A stretch of 64,000 nt of DNA from Eubacteriales bacterium (GTDB taxonomy: Bacteria; Bacillota; Clostridia; Oscillospirales; CAG-382). The notes beneath the pieces are model-generated. The model worked only from the letters and a program-made list of their open reading frames with translations. It was not told the origin of the DNA and did not search any database. The translations under genes were made by a program, and so were the position numbers. The DNA is taken from positions 7,816 to 71,815 of the forward strand of contig JAZTXJ010000046.1 in assembly GCA_045636285.1 (NCBI GenBank), written 5' to 3'. Below, one piece after another: positions 9,425-17,199 of the stretch. Numbering within the stretch: position 1 is the stretch's first letter; every line of letters starts with the position of its first letter.

Positions 9425-10252
9425 ATGTACAGCAAGGTTTATATAGAAATAACCAATATATGCAATATGCGTTGCTCGTTTTGCCACGGGCACAAAAGGG
9501 CGCCGCGGCGGATGACCTTTGCGGAGTTTATATATATTCTCGAGCGTCTTCACGGACAGACCGAATATATTTATTATCATCTTATGGGCGAGCCGCTGAC
9601 ACATCCCGAGCTTCACGAGTTTATCAAGGCGGCGGGAACACGTGGCTTTAAATCTATCGTAACGACAAACGGAACGCTTATAAAAAAACGGCAGGACGAG
9701 CTTTTAACGGCGGGACTGCACAAGGTAAACTTATCGCTCCACAGCTTCGAAAACGGCTCCGACAGCGATTACCGCCGTTATATAAACGAGCTTTCTGATT
9801 TCGCAAGGCTTGCCGCCGAAAGCGGAATTATCGTCGTGTTCCGTCTTTGGAACGAAGGCTTTGACAACGGAAGAAACGAAACCGCGATAAAGCTTTTGAA
9901 GGAAAGCCTCGAGGGCGAATGGAAGCAAAACACCCGCGGCATAAAAATACGCGATAAAATATATATCGATTCTGCCAAGCGGTTCGAATGGCCCGACAGC
10001 GAAGCCGAAATCAAGGGCGAAAAATTTTACTGCTATGGGCTAAAGGACCAATTCGGAATCCTTGCAGACGGCACCGTCGTGCCCTGCTGTCTGGACAGCG
10101 AAGGGGTTATCGCACTCGGCAACGTTTTCGGGCAGGATATTGTCGAAATACTGAGCTCCGAAAGGGCAAAAGCGATGGTAGAAGGCTTTTGCAGAGGCGT
10201 TGCCTCCGAAGAGCTTTGCAAAAGGTGCGGCTACGCGCAAAGATTTGTCTGA
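9425..10252 (+). CDS. radical SAM protein with C-terminal SPASM/twitch-like Cys cluster
   Basis: The N-terminus carries CNMRCSFC (CX3CX2C). The C-terminus carries CYGL...VVPCCLDSEG...CKRCGY. Confidence 0.8.
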   Translation: MYSKVYIEITNICNMRCSFCHGHKRAPRRMTFAEFIYILERLHGQTEYIYYHLMGEPLTHPELHEFIKAAGTRGFKSIVTTNGTLIKKRQDELLTAGLHKVNLSLHSFENGSDSDYRRYINELSDFARLAAESGIIVVFRLWNEGFDNGRNETAIKLLKESLEGEWKQNTRGIKIRDKIYIDSAKRFEWPDSEAEIKGEKFYCYGLKDQFGILADGTVVPCCLDSEGVIALGNVFGQDIVEILSSERAKAMVEGFCRGVASEELCKRCGYAQRFV

Positions 10253-10276
10253 ACAGGCTTCACAATCAATAACCCA

Positions 10277-10314
10277 AAACGTCGGCAATGCGAAAGCGGT
10301 GTCGGCGTTTTTTG
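10277..10314 (+). terminator. terminator hairpin after radical SAM gene
   Basis: AAAACGTCGGC...GTCGGCGTTTT stem containing G-U pairs, followed by a T-run. Confidence 0.5.
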
Positions 10315-10327
10315 TTGCGGTGTGCTA

Positions 10328-10356
10328 TTGACTTTTTGCGAAAGGTATGATAATAT
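10328..10356 (+). promoter_or_regulatory. sigma-A-type promoter TTGACT-N17-TAATAT of the TetR-ABC operon
   Basis: Hexamers at 10328-10333 and 10351-10356. Confidence 0.55.
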
Positions 10357-10362
10357 AACAAC

Positions 10363-10384
10363 CGATATATAACGAACGATATAT
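10363..10384 (+). promoter_or_regulatory. candidate TetR operator: two CGATATAT repeats
   Basis: CGATATAT occurs at 10363-10370 and 10377-10384, between the -10 element and the RBS of the TetR gene. Confidence 0.35.
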
Positions 10385-10398
10385 TTTGGAGATGCGAT

Positions 10399-10962
10399 AT
10401 GCCGCCAAGGGTAAAAATAACAAAAGAAGAGATAATAAATACAGCCGTAAGCGTTGTCCGCAAAAGCGGAGCGCAGGCTTTGAACGCGAGAACGGTTGCC
10501 GCCGCGCTCAACTGCTCCACCCAGCCGATATTTTCGAATTTCGAAACGATGGAGGAATTGCAGAAGGCGGTGATAAGCTCTGCTTATGAGCTATATCTGG
10601 GGTTTTTGAAAAGAGAATACGAAAGCGGAAAATATCCCGCATATAAATCCTACGGTATGGCTTACATTCGCTTTGCAATGGAGGAAAAAGAGCTTTTCAA
10701 GCTATTGTTCATGCGCGACAGAAGCGGCGAAGACACCTCGACCTCGCCCGATTTTGAAGAAGCCGAGCAAATGATTATTAAAGCCAACGGCGTTTCGCCC
10801 GAAAAGGCGAGAATGATACATTTGGAGGTGTGGACCTGCGTTCACGGTATCGGTGTTATGATTGCCACGTCGTTTTTGCCGCTCGAATGGGCGCTTATCG
10901 ACGATATGCTGAGCGACGTGTATCTGGGAATCCGCGCAAGGCATTTAACGGAGGAAAAATAA
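10399..10962 (+). CDS. TetR/AcrR-family transcriptional regulator
   Basis: N-terminal helix-turn-helix EEIINTAVSVVRKSGAQALNARTVAAALNCSTQPIFSNF. Size is 187 aa. Confidence 0.85.
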   Translation: MPPRVKITKEEIINTAVSVVRKSGAQALNARTVAAALNCSTQPIFSNFETMEELQKAVISSAYELYLGFLKREYESGKYPAYKSYGMAYIRFAMEEKELFKLLFMRDRSGEDTSTSPDFEEAEQMIIKANGVSPEKARMIHLEVWTCVHGIGVMIATSFLPLEWALIDDMLSDVYLGIRARHLTEEK

Positions 10963-10963
10963 T

Positions 10964-11692
10964 ATGACCGCAATAAGAATTGAAGGGCTCACGAAGCGCT
11001 ACCGCGACGTGCTTGCCGTCGACTCGCTTTCGCTTTGTATCGAAGAGGGCGAGCTGTTTTCACTGCTCGGCGTGAACGGCGCGGGCAAAACCACGACCGT
11101 AAAAATGCTTTCCTGCCTTGCACGACCGACAAGCGGAAACGCGTTTTTGCTCGGAAAAAGCATTATCGAGGACACAGCCGAGGTTAAATCGTTAATCGCG
11201 GTTTCCCCGCAGGAAACGGCGGTTGCCGCAGGGCTTTCGGTGCGCGAAAATCTCGAGCTTATGTGCGGCGTTCAGGGCTTTTCGAAGGAAAAGCGCAATG
11301 CCAAAATCGAAGAGCTTACCGAGCTTTTGGGGCTGGAAAGCGTGATTGCGCGAAAAGCGGGAAAGCTTTCGGGCGGCTGGCAAAGAAGATTGAGCATTGC
11401 AATGGCGCTTATCTGCGAGCCGAAAATACTTTTTCTCGATGAACCGACGCTCGGGCTCGACGTGCTTGCGCGGAGCGATCTGTGGGAGCTTATCCGCTCG
11501 CTCAAGGGCAGGGTTACGATTATTCTCACAACGCACTATATGGAAGAGGCAGAAGCGCTTTCCGACCGTATCGCAATTATGAAGAACGGCAGACTGCTTA
11601 TCTGCGATACCGCCGAAAAAATCAAGCAAACGGCGGGAAGCGATAATTTCGAGCAGGCGTTTATAAATATCGTAAAGGGGGCGGAACGATGA
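10964..11692 (+). CDS. ABC transporter ATP-binding protein
   Basis: Walker A GVNGAGKTT, signature LSGGWQRRL and Walker B ILFLDEPT. Confidence 0.9.
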   Translation: MTAIRIEGLTKRYRDVLAVDSLSLCIEEGELFSLLGVNGAGKTTTVKMLSCLARPTSGNAFLLGKSIIEDTAEVKSLIAVSPQETAVAAGLSVRENLELMCGVQGFSKEKRNAKIEELTELLGLESVIARKAGKLSGGWQRRLSIAMALICEPKILFLDEPTLGLDVLARSDLWELIRSLKGRVTIILTTHYMEEAEALSDRIAIMKNGRLLICDTAEKIKQTAGSDNFEQAFINIVKGAER

Positions 11693-12420
11693 GAATGCTC
11701 GCATTTGCAAGCCGAAACACAAAAGAAATCCTGCGCGACCCGCTGAATCTCTTCTTCGGGCTCGGCTTCCCTCTCGTTCTGATCGTGCTGTTAAGCGCGA
11801 TTCAGGCGAATATCCCCGTTTCGCTTTTCGAAATACAGCGGCTTACACCGGGCGTTACGGTTTTCGGCTTGGCGTTTATGACGCTGTTTTCGGCAACCGT
11901 TATCGCAAAGGACAGAGGAAGCTCGTTGCTCCAACGTCTTTATACCACTCCCCTCACCCCGATCGATTTTATTCTCGGCTACACACTGCCTATCGTTCCG
12001 ATCGCGGTCGCGCAGTCCGTTGTTTGCTATATCGCGGCGGTCGTTCTCGATCTGAACGTTACGCTCGGTATTTTGTATTCGGTTTTGTTTACCGTGCCGA
12101 TTTCGGTTCTTTATATCGCGTTGGGTCTGCTTTGCGGAAGCGTGTTTAACGATAAACAGGTCGGCGGTATCTGCGGTGCTCTGCTCACCAACCTTTCCGC
12201 TTGGCTTTCGGGCATTTGGTTCGACCTTGAGCTTGTCGGCGGCGTTTTCAAAAAAATCGCGTATGCGCTTCCGTTCGTTCACGCGGTCGAGCTTCAGCGC
12301 GCCGTGCTTGCAGAAGATTTCGCAGGTATTTTCCCGCATTTGTGGTGGGTGCTCGGATATGCATTCGTCCTGCTCGCCGCGGCGGTGCTGCTCTTCCTGC
12401 GCCAAATGAAAAGGCAGTAA
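11689..12420 (+). CDS. ABC-2-type transporter permease
   Basis: 243 aa with six predicted TM segments and a 4-nt overlap with the ATPase gene. Confidence 0.8.
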   Translation: MRMLAFASRNTKEILRDPLNLFFGLGFPLVLIVLLSAIQANIPVSLFEIQRLTPGVTVFGLAFMTLFSATVIAKDRGSSLLQRLYTTPLTPIDFILGYTLPIVPIAVAQSVVCYIAAVVLDLNVTLGILYSVLFTVPISVLYIALGLLCGSVFNDKQVGGICGALLTNLSAWLSGIWFDLELVGGVFKKIAYALPFVHAVELQRAVLAEDFAGIFPHLWWVLGYAFVLLAAAVLLFLRQMKRQ

Positions 12421-12463
12421 AAGGGTAAAAACTCATAGAGAAAGCAAGGCTGTTTTCCAAAAT

Positions 12464-12505
12464 AAAAAAATCAAGCTTCACCGTAAAAATGAAGCTTGAT
12501 TTTTC
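12464..12505 (+). terminator. Rho-independent terminator of the TetR-ABC operon
   Basis: Perfect 10-bp stem TCAAGCTTCA/TGAAGCTTGA flanked by an A-run and a T-run. Confidence 0.75.
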
Positions 12506-12592
12506 TGTTGCCCTTTTATTTCAAGGGCGCAAAAAGCGGTCCCCGAAAATGCTTGTACTTTTGGGGTGTATTAAACCGTTTCGCCGCGCTTT

Positions 12593-12615
12593 AAAAACCA
12601 CCGCGGGTGGTTTTT
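12593..12615 (-). terminator. terminator of the Asn/Gln microprotein gene
   Basis: AAAAACCACC-GCG-GGTGGTTTTT. The TAA stop lies inside the 5' arm on the minus strand, and a T-run follows. Confidence 0.65.
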
Positions 12616-12784
12616 ATCGGTTCTGGTTGTTCTGATTGTTCTTATTCTGGTTGTTGTGGTTATTCTGGTTGTTCTGGTTGTTCTGACGGTTTTGCTCGTT
12701 CTTATTGTTCTGGTTGTTCTTGTTCTGATTGTTCTGGTTGTTCTGATTGTTCTTGTTCTGGTTGTTCTGGTAATCCTTGTTCAT
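12614..12784 (-). CDS. 56-aa Asn/Gln-rich microprotein (MNKDYQNNQNKNNQNN...QNNQNR), unannotated in the ORF track
   Basis: ATG at 12784 with AAAGGAG 7 nt upstream. It has 56 sense codons and a TAA stop, with a terminator directly after and a promoter-like element upstream. See findings. Confidence 0.6.
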   Translation of the reverse strand: MNKDYQNNQNKNNQNNQNNQNKNNQNNKNEQNRQNNQNNQNNHNNQNKNNQNNQNR

Positions 12785-12821
12785 AAATATTCTCCTTTAA
12801 TGATTTGTCCTTATAAGACAA

Positions 12822-12854
12822 GAATAGTTTGCCTGTTTTCCGAACAAACTATTC
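12822..12854. promoter_or_regulatory. perfect 10-13-10 palindrome that reads GAATA-N18-CAAACTA on both strands (forespore sigma-G/F-like promoter or operator)
   Basis: GAATAGTTTG at 12822-12831 is the exact reverse complement of CAAACTATTC at 12845-12854. It lies between the divergent microprotein and amidohydrolase genes. Confidence 0.45.
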
Positions 12855-12885
12855 ACGGAAAATATTTTTTCGGGGAGAGAGAAAA

Positions 12886-14022
12886 TTGCTTTTAATAAAA
12901 AACGGAACGCTTTTTACAATGGAAGCAAACGAAGCGATACGCGCCGATTTGCTTGCGGACAAGGGAAAAATCATACAGATTTCGCCCGATATTGCCCCCA
13001 CCGAGCGTATGGAGATTATCGATGCGGCGGGACTGCGGGTTTATCCGGGGTTTATCGACGCGCACAGCCATATCGGTATTTCCGAGGAGAAGAAAACACA
13101 CCAAATCGACGAAAGCAACGAAAACACCAATCCGATAACGCCCTGCGTTCGCGCAATCGATGCGATCAACCCGATGGACAGCGCGTTCCACAACGCACTC
13201 GCGGCGGGCATAACGGGGGTAATGGCGGGCCCCGGCAGTGCAAACCCTATCGGCGGTCAGTTTGCCTTTATAAAAACCCACGGCAGACGGATAGACGATA
13301 TGACGGTGCTCGCCCCTTCGGCGATGAAAATAGCGTTCGGCGAAAACCCGATGACAAATTACGGCACGAACGGAAATATCCCCTCTACGCGTATGGGTAT
13401 CGCCTCGCTTATCCGCGAGGAGCTTTCTCTTGCAAGAGATTATTTTTCGAATACGCAAAGCGCGAACGAATTCGGTATGGAGTGTTACAGAGAGCTGTTC
13501 GAGGGCAGAATTCCGCTTAAAGCGCACGTTCACCGCGCCGACGATATATTCACCGCAATCCGTATCGCAAAGGAATTCGGGCTGGGGCTGACGCTCGATC
13601 ATTGCACGGAAGGGCATCTTATTGCCGATAAGATTGCCGAAAGCGGTTTTCCCGCCATTGTCGGACCCTCGCTTGCTTCGAGAAGCAAAAACGAGGTGGA
13701 AAATCTCGATTTCAAAACCCCTGCTATATTGCAAAAGGCGGGTGTTACGGTCGCGCTTACCACCGACCACCCCGTTTCTCGCATACAGTATCTTCCGCTT
13801 TGCGCGGGGCTTGCCGTTAAGGAAGGAATGAGCGAATGGGGTGCCTTACGCGCAATAACCGCCGATGCGGCGCGTATATGCCGTGTCGATAACCGATTGG
13901 GCAGCTTGAAGGTCGGCAAGGACGCCGATATCGTCATAACCGACGGCAGTCCGCTCGAAATAGCCACCGCCGTGAAATACACGCTGGTCAACGGAACTGT
14001 CGCGTGGCGCAGAGAGGAATAA
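12886..14022 (+). CDS. metal-dependent amidohydrolase family protein
   Basis: LLLIKNGTLF...GFIDAHSHIG (HxH metal motif) and a C-terminal GSLKVGKDADIV. Start is taken at TTG 12886 behind GGGGAGAG, rather than the upstream ATG 12829. Confidence 0.8.
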   Translation: MLLIKNGTLFTMEANEAIRADLLADKGKIIQISPDIAPTERMEIIDAAGLRVYPGFIDAHSHIGISEEKKTHQIDESNENTNPITPCVRAIDAINPMDSAFHNALAAGITGVMAGPGSANPIGGQFAFIKTHGRRIDDMTVLAPSAMKIAFGENPMTNYGTNGNIPSTRMGIASLIREELSLARDYFSNTQSANEFGMECYRELFEGRIPLKAHVHRADDIFTAIRIAKEFGLGLTLDHCTEGHLIADKIAESGFPAIVGPSLASRSKNEVENLDFKTPAILQKAGVTVALTTDHPVSRIQYLPLCAGLAVKEGMSEWGALRAITADAARICRVDNRLGSLKVGKDADIVITDGSPLEIATAVKYTLVNGTVAWRREE

Positions 14023-14025
14023 GGA

Positions 14026-14062
14026 AAAAGCGTTGACGTTCGTTCGGGCGTTGACGCTTTTT
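14026..14062 (+). terminator. terminator hairpin after amidohydrolase gene
   Basis: AGCGTTGACG...CGTTGACGCT stem with two G-U pairs, followed by TTTTT. Confidence 0.5.
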
Positions 14063-14076
14063 GTCGCCGTCCGCTC

Positions 14077-14105
14077 TTGATTTTCGCTTGAAGCGGTGAT
14101 ACAAT
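14077..14105 (+). promoter_or_regulatory. sigma-A-type promoter TTGATT-N17-TACAAT with TG extension
   Basis: Hexamers at 14077-14082 and 14100-14105, with TG at 14097-14098. Confidence 0.55.
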
Positions 14106-14162
14106 ACGGGTGAAGACGATAAATCGGGAACACAAAAACGACAACCGCAGAGGGAAACGAAA

Positions 14163-14978
14163 ATGAACAGAATTCTGTGCTCCACGGGAGCGCTTATCGG
14201 ACGGCCGAACGGCAGGGATTTTACGCTTTTGACAAAATGCCGCGAAATGCTCGAATGCGACGGGTTTGAATTTATGATGTACGGCGATTGGCGAGCAAGG
14301 GCGGACGAGCTTAAAAGCTTTATTTCGAAGCTTTCGGTTCCCCTTCCCGTGTTTCATATCGAAAAGGACGTCGGAAACCTTATTTCGCGCAACGAAGAAG
14401 GCGATACAGAAAAGGCTTTTTCGATTTTCGAATCCAACTGCGCTTTCGCAAGGGAATTCGGTTCCGACACGCTGGTGCTTCATTTGTGGGGCGGGCTCGA
14501 TTCCGATAAAGACTTTGCAAACAACCTTGCCTGCTATAAGCCCCTGCGCGAAATCGCCGATTCGTTCGGGCTCACGCTTACCGTCGAAAACGTTGTCTGC
14601 AACCGCAAGGACCCGATGACTCATCTTGCAGAGCTTATTAAGGCTTACCCCGATATCCGCTTCACCTTCGATACGAAGATGGCGGAATTCCACTGCCAGA
14701 CCGACCTGCTCTATCTCCCCGAAAACCAATTTTTGTTCCCGAGCATAGCGCATTTTCATATCAACGACTATGCGGGCGGATATTTGGATTGGGGCAATTT
14801 AAAAACCCTACATATCGGCAAAGGGCATATCGATTTCGCAAGGCTGTTCGAATATCTGAAGAAAAAGGATTACCGCGGAGATTTCACCGTCGAAGCGACC
14901 TCGTTCAACAGCGAAGGAGTTATCGATTTCGAATCGCTCAACCGAAGCTTTTTTGCAATACGCGAATATATCGCCTGA
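14163..14978 (+). CDS. sugar phosphate isomerase/epimerase (xylose-isomerase-like TIM barrel)
   Basis: 271 aa. LHLWGG, TVENV, HINDY and TVEATS motifs are spaced as in the AP-endonuclease-2/TIM-barrel family. Confidence 0.65.
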   Translation: MNRILCSTGALIGRPNGRDFTLLTKCREMLECDGFEFMMYGDWRARADELKSFISKLSVPLPVFHIEKDVGNLISRNEEGDTEKAFSIFESNCAFAREFGSDTLVLHLWGGLDSDKDFANNLACYKPLREIADSFGLTLTVENVVCNRKDPMTHLAELIKAYPDIRFTFDTKMAEFHCQTDLLYLPENQFLFPSIAHFHINDYAGGYLDWGNLKTLHIGKGHIDFARLFEYLKKKDYRGDFTVEATSFNSEGVIDFESLNRSFFAIREYIA

Positions 14979-15066
14979 ATAAAGGTGTTGAAATTATTCT
15001 TTATTTTTAAGATTTCTTGTGATATAATGTGTTATAATACGGTATAATTCGATTCACGGAGAATTT

Positions 15067-16368
15067 ATGGCAAAGAAAGTAAAAAAGCCGTTGCGCTGGG
15101 TTCGGCTCGACAACGCGGCGAAGATATACCCCGCCGCAATGCGTAAAAATTGGAGCAATCTCTTCCGCCAATCCGTCACGCTGACGGAAGCGGTCGATAA
15201 GGACGTGCTCAAAAGAGCGCTCGAGGTTGTCGTAAAGCGCTTCCCCTCGATTGCCGCAAGGCTTCGCAAGGGTGCTTTCTGGTTTTATCTTCAGCAGGTG
15301 GAAAAGGCACCCGAATTAAAAGAAGAATACAGCTATCCGCTTGTTTTTATGGATAAAAAGGAGCTGCAGCAGTGCGCCTTCCGTGTTATCGCCTATAAAA
15401 ACCGTATCGCAGTGGAATATTTCCATTCGCTCACCGACGGCTCGGGTGCATTGATCTTTCTTAAAAACCTTACCGCCGAATACCTCGAACAGAAATACGG
15501 TATTTCGGTACCGCTTACCGACGGTATTCTCGACAGAAATCAGCCCCCGCGTGAAGAAGAGCTCGAGGACAGCTTTTTGAAATACGCGGGCAACGTAAAG
15601 GCAAGCCGCAAGGATACGAACGCGTGGCGAATGGGCGGTGTACCGAACACCGACAGCTCGCTCGACCTTACCTGCTTTTCGCTTCCCGTAAAGGACGCGC
15701 TCGAATGCGCGCGCCGTTACGGCTATACGCTCACCGTGTTTTTCAGCGCGGTGATGATGCAGGCGCTCTTGAATCTGCAAAGGGAGCTGACCCCCGAAGT
15801 AAAAAGGCAAAAGCGCATTAAGGTGCTTATTCCGATAAATCTGCGCGCCCTGTTCCCGAGCAACACCCTGCGTAACTTCGCAATGTATACCGTGCCCGAG
15901 CTCGACCCGCGGCTGGGTGAATATACGCTCGAGGAAATTTGCGGGATAGTTTATCACAAAATGGGTGCAGAGTTCAATGCAAAGCACATGGGAAGCGTTA
16001 TCGCCACAAACGTAAACGACGAACGCAACCCGCTTGTAAGGCTTATTCCGCTTCCGCTCAAAAACGCGGTTATGAGGGCGGTGTACGATACGGTCGGCGA
16101 AAGAAAATCCTGCCTTTCTTTTTCCAATCTCGGCGCGGTGCGCGTTCCCGAAATTATGGCAGGCTATATCGAACGGTTCGATTTTATTCTCGGAGCGCAG
16201 GCATCCGCACCCTATAACTGCGGTATGCTTTCCTTCAAGGATACGCTCTATATCAATTTTATACGTAACGTAAAGGAGCCGGGGCTCGAACGCCATTTCT
16301 TCGCGGTGCTCAAACAGCTCGGGTTCACGGTCACGGTCGAAAGTAATCACGGACGGGAGGAAGAATAA
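15067..16368 (+). CDS. condensation-domain-like acyltransferase (HxxxDG; alcohol acetyltransferase / WS-DGAT / PapA5-like)
   Basis: 433 aa with the motif EYFHSLTDGSG about 140 aa from the N-terminus. No signal peptide. Confidence 0.65.
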   Translation: MAKKVKKPLRWVRLDNAAKIYPAAMRKNWSNLFRQSVTLTEAVDKDVLKRALEVVVKRFPSIAARLRKGAFWFYLQQVEKAPELKEEYSYPLVFMDKKELQQCAFRVIAYKNRIAVEYFHSLTDGSGALIFLKNLTAEYLEQKYGISVPLTDGILDRNQPPREEELEDSFLKYAGNVKASRKDTNAWRMGGVPNTDSSLDLTCFSLPVKDALECARRYGYTLTVFFSAVMMQALLNLQRELTPEVKRQKRIKVLIPINLRALFPSNTLRNFAMYTVPELDPRLGEYTLEEICGIVYHKMGAEFNAKHMGSVIATNVNDERNPLVRLIPLPLKNAVMRAVYDTVGERKSCLSFSNLGAVRVPEIMAGYIERFDFILGAQASAPYNCGMLSFKDTLYINFIRNVKEPGLERHFFAVLKQLGFTVTVESNHGREEE

Positions 16369-17060
16369 TGTTTTGCATTAATTGCGGCGTAAAGCTCGAC
16401 GACAGCGAAAAAAGCTGTCCGCTTTGCGGAACCTCGGTTTATCACCCCGAAATAAAGCAGAGCGAAAAGGATTCGCTGTTCCCGAAAGGAAAAAAGCCTA
16501 ATGCAAAGGCTAATTCAAAGGTTATAAACGAGCTCTATGCCCTGCTGTTCATAATTGCCGCCATAACCTGCGTTTTTTCGGATATGCGCCCCGACGGCAG
16601 ACTTAATTGGTTCGGATATGCGGCGGGCGGATTGCTGCTCTTCTATATCGCGTTCGCGCTTCCGCTCTGGTTCAAAAAGCGCAACCCCGTAATTTTCGTC
16701 CCCTGCGTTTTTGCCGCCGCAATCATTTATCTGCACTACATAAATTGGGTGACCGACGGTAATTGGTTTTTAAGCTTTGCGTTTCCGGTCGTCGGCACGC
16801 TTGCGCTTATCGTATGTGCGGTGGTAACGCTTATGCGGTATCTTAAAAGAGGCAAGCTCTACGTGTGGGGCGGTGCCTTCGTTGCATTCGGCGCGCTTAT
16901 CGTGCTCGTCGAGCTTATGCTCTGCGTCACCTTCGGGCTGGATTTCGCGTGGTGGTCGTTTTATCCGTTTGCCGTAATGCTTATCTTCGGCGGCTTTATA
17001 TTCCACCTCGCAATAAGCGAAAACGCACGCGAAACGCTCAAAAGAAAGCTGTTTTTCTGA
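16368..17060 (+). CDS. zinc-ribbon membrane protein (N-terminal CxxC...CxxC, about 5 TM helices)
   Basis: MFCINCGVKLDDSEKSCPLCG followed by hydrophobic helices. Its start overlaps the upstream stop (TAATG), with GGGAGG upstream. Confidence 0.7.
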   Translation: MFCINCGVKLDDSEKSCPLCGTSVYHPEIKQSEKDSLFPKGKKPNAKANSKVINELYALLFIIAAITCVFSDMRPDGRLNWFGYAAGGLLLFYIAFALPLWFKKRNPVIFVPCVFAAAIIYLHYINWVTDGNWFLSFAFPVVGTLALIVCAVVTLMRYLKRGKLYVWGGAFVAFGALIVLVELMLCVTFGLDFAWWSFYPFAVMLIFGGFIFHLAISENARETLKRKLFF

Positions 17061-17093
17061 AATCGTACCAAAGAGCGCGTCTTTCCTCGCACT

Positions 17094-17130
17094 AAAACGG
17101 GTCGGCTGGGCTAAGCCGATCCGTTTTTTG
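17094..17130 (+). terminator. Rho-independent terminator
   Basis: AAACGGGTCGGCT...AGCCGATCCGTTT stem followed by TTTTTT. Confidence 0.7.
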
Positions 17131-17199
17131 TTCCCGCCCTCTTGAAAAAATCGCAAATATATGTTAATCTGTTAAAAAGGGTAAATGGAGGGAAATTTT

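Noticed and set aside
12656-12895. 79-aa plus-strand ORF MVILVVLVVLTVLLVLIVLVV...
   Set aside because: It is the antisense reading of the AAC/CAG repeat. It has no SD, a non-ATG start, an implausible all-Leu/Val composition, and it runs through the promoter region into the amidohydrolase gene. The minus-strand microprotein has an SD, an ATG and a terminator.
15020-15055. Three consecutive TATAAT-like boxes (GATATAAT, GTTATAAT, GGTATAAT) upstream of the acyltransferase gene
   Set aside because: No convincing -35 partner could be assigned to any one of them. It is noted only as an AT-rich promoter region, not as three promoters.
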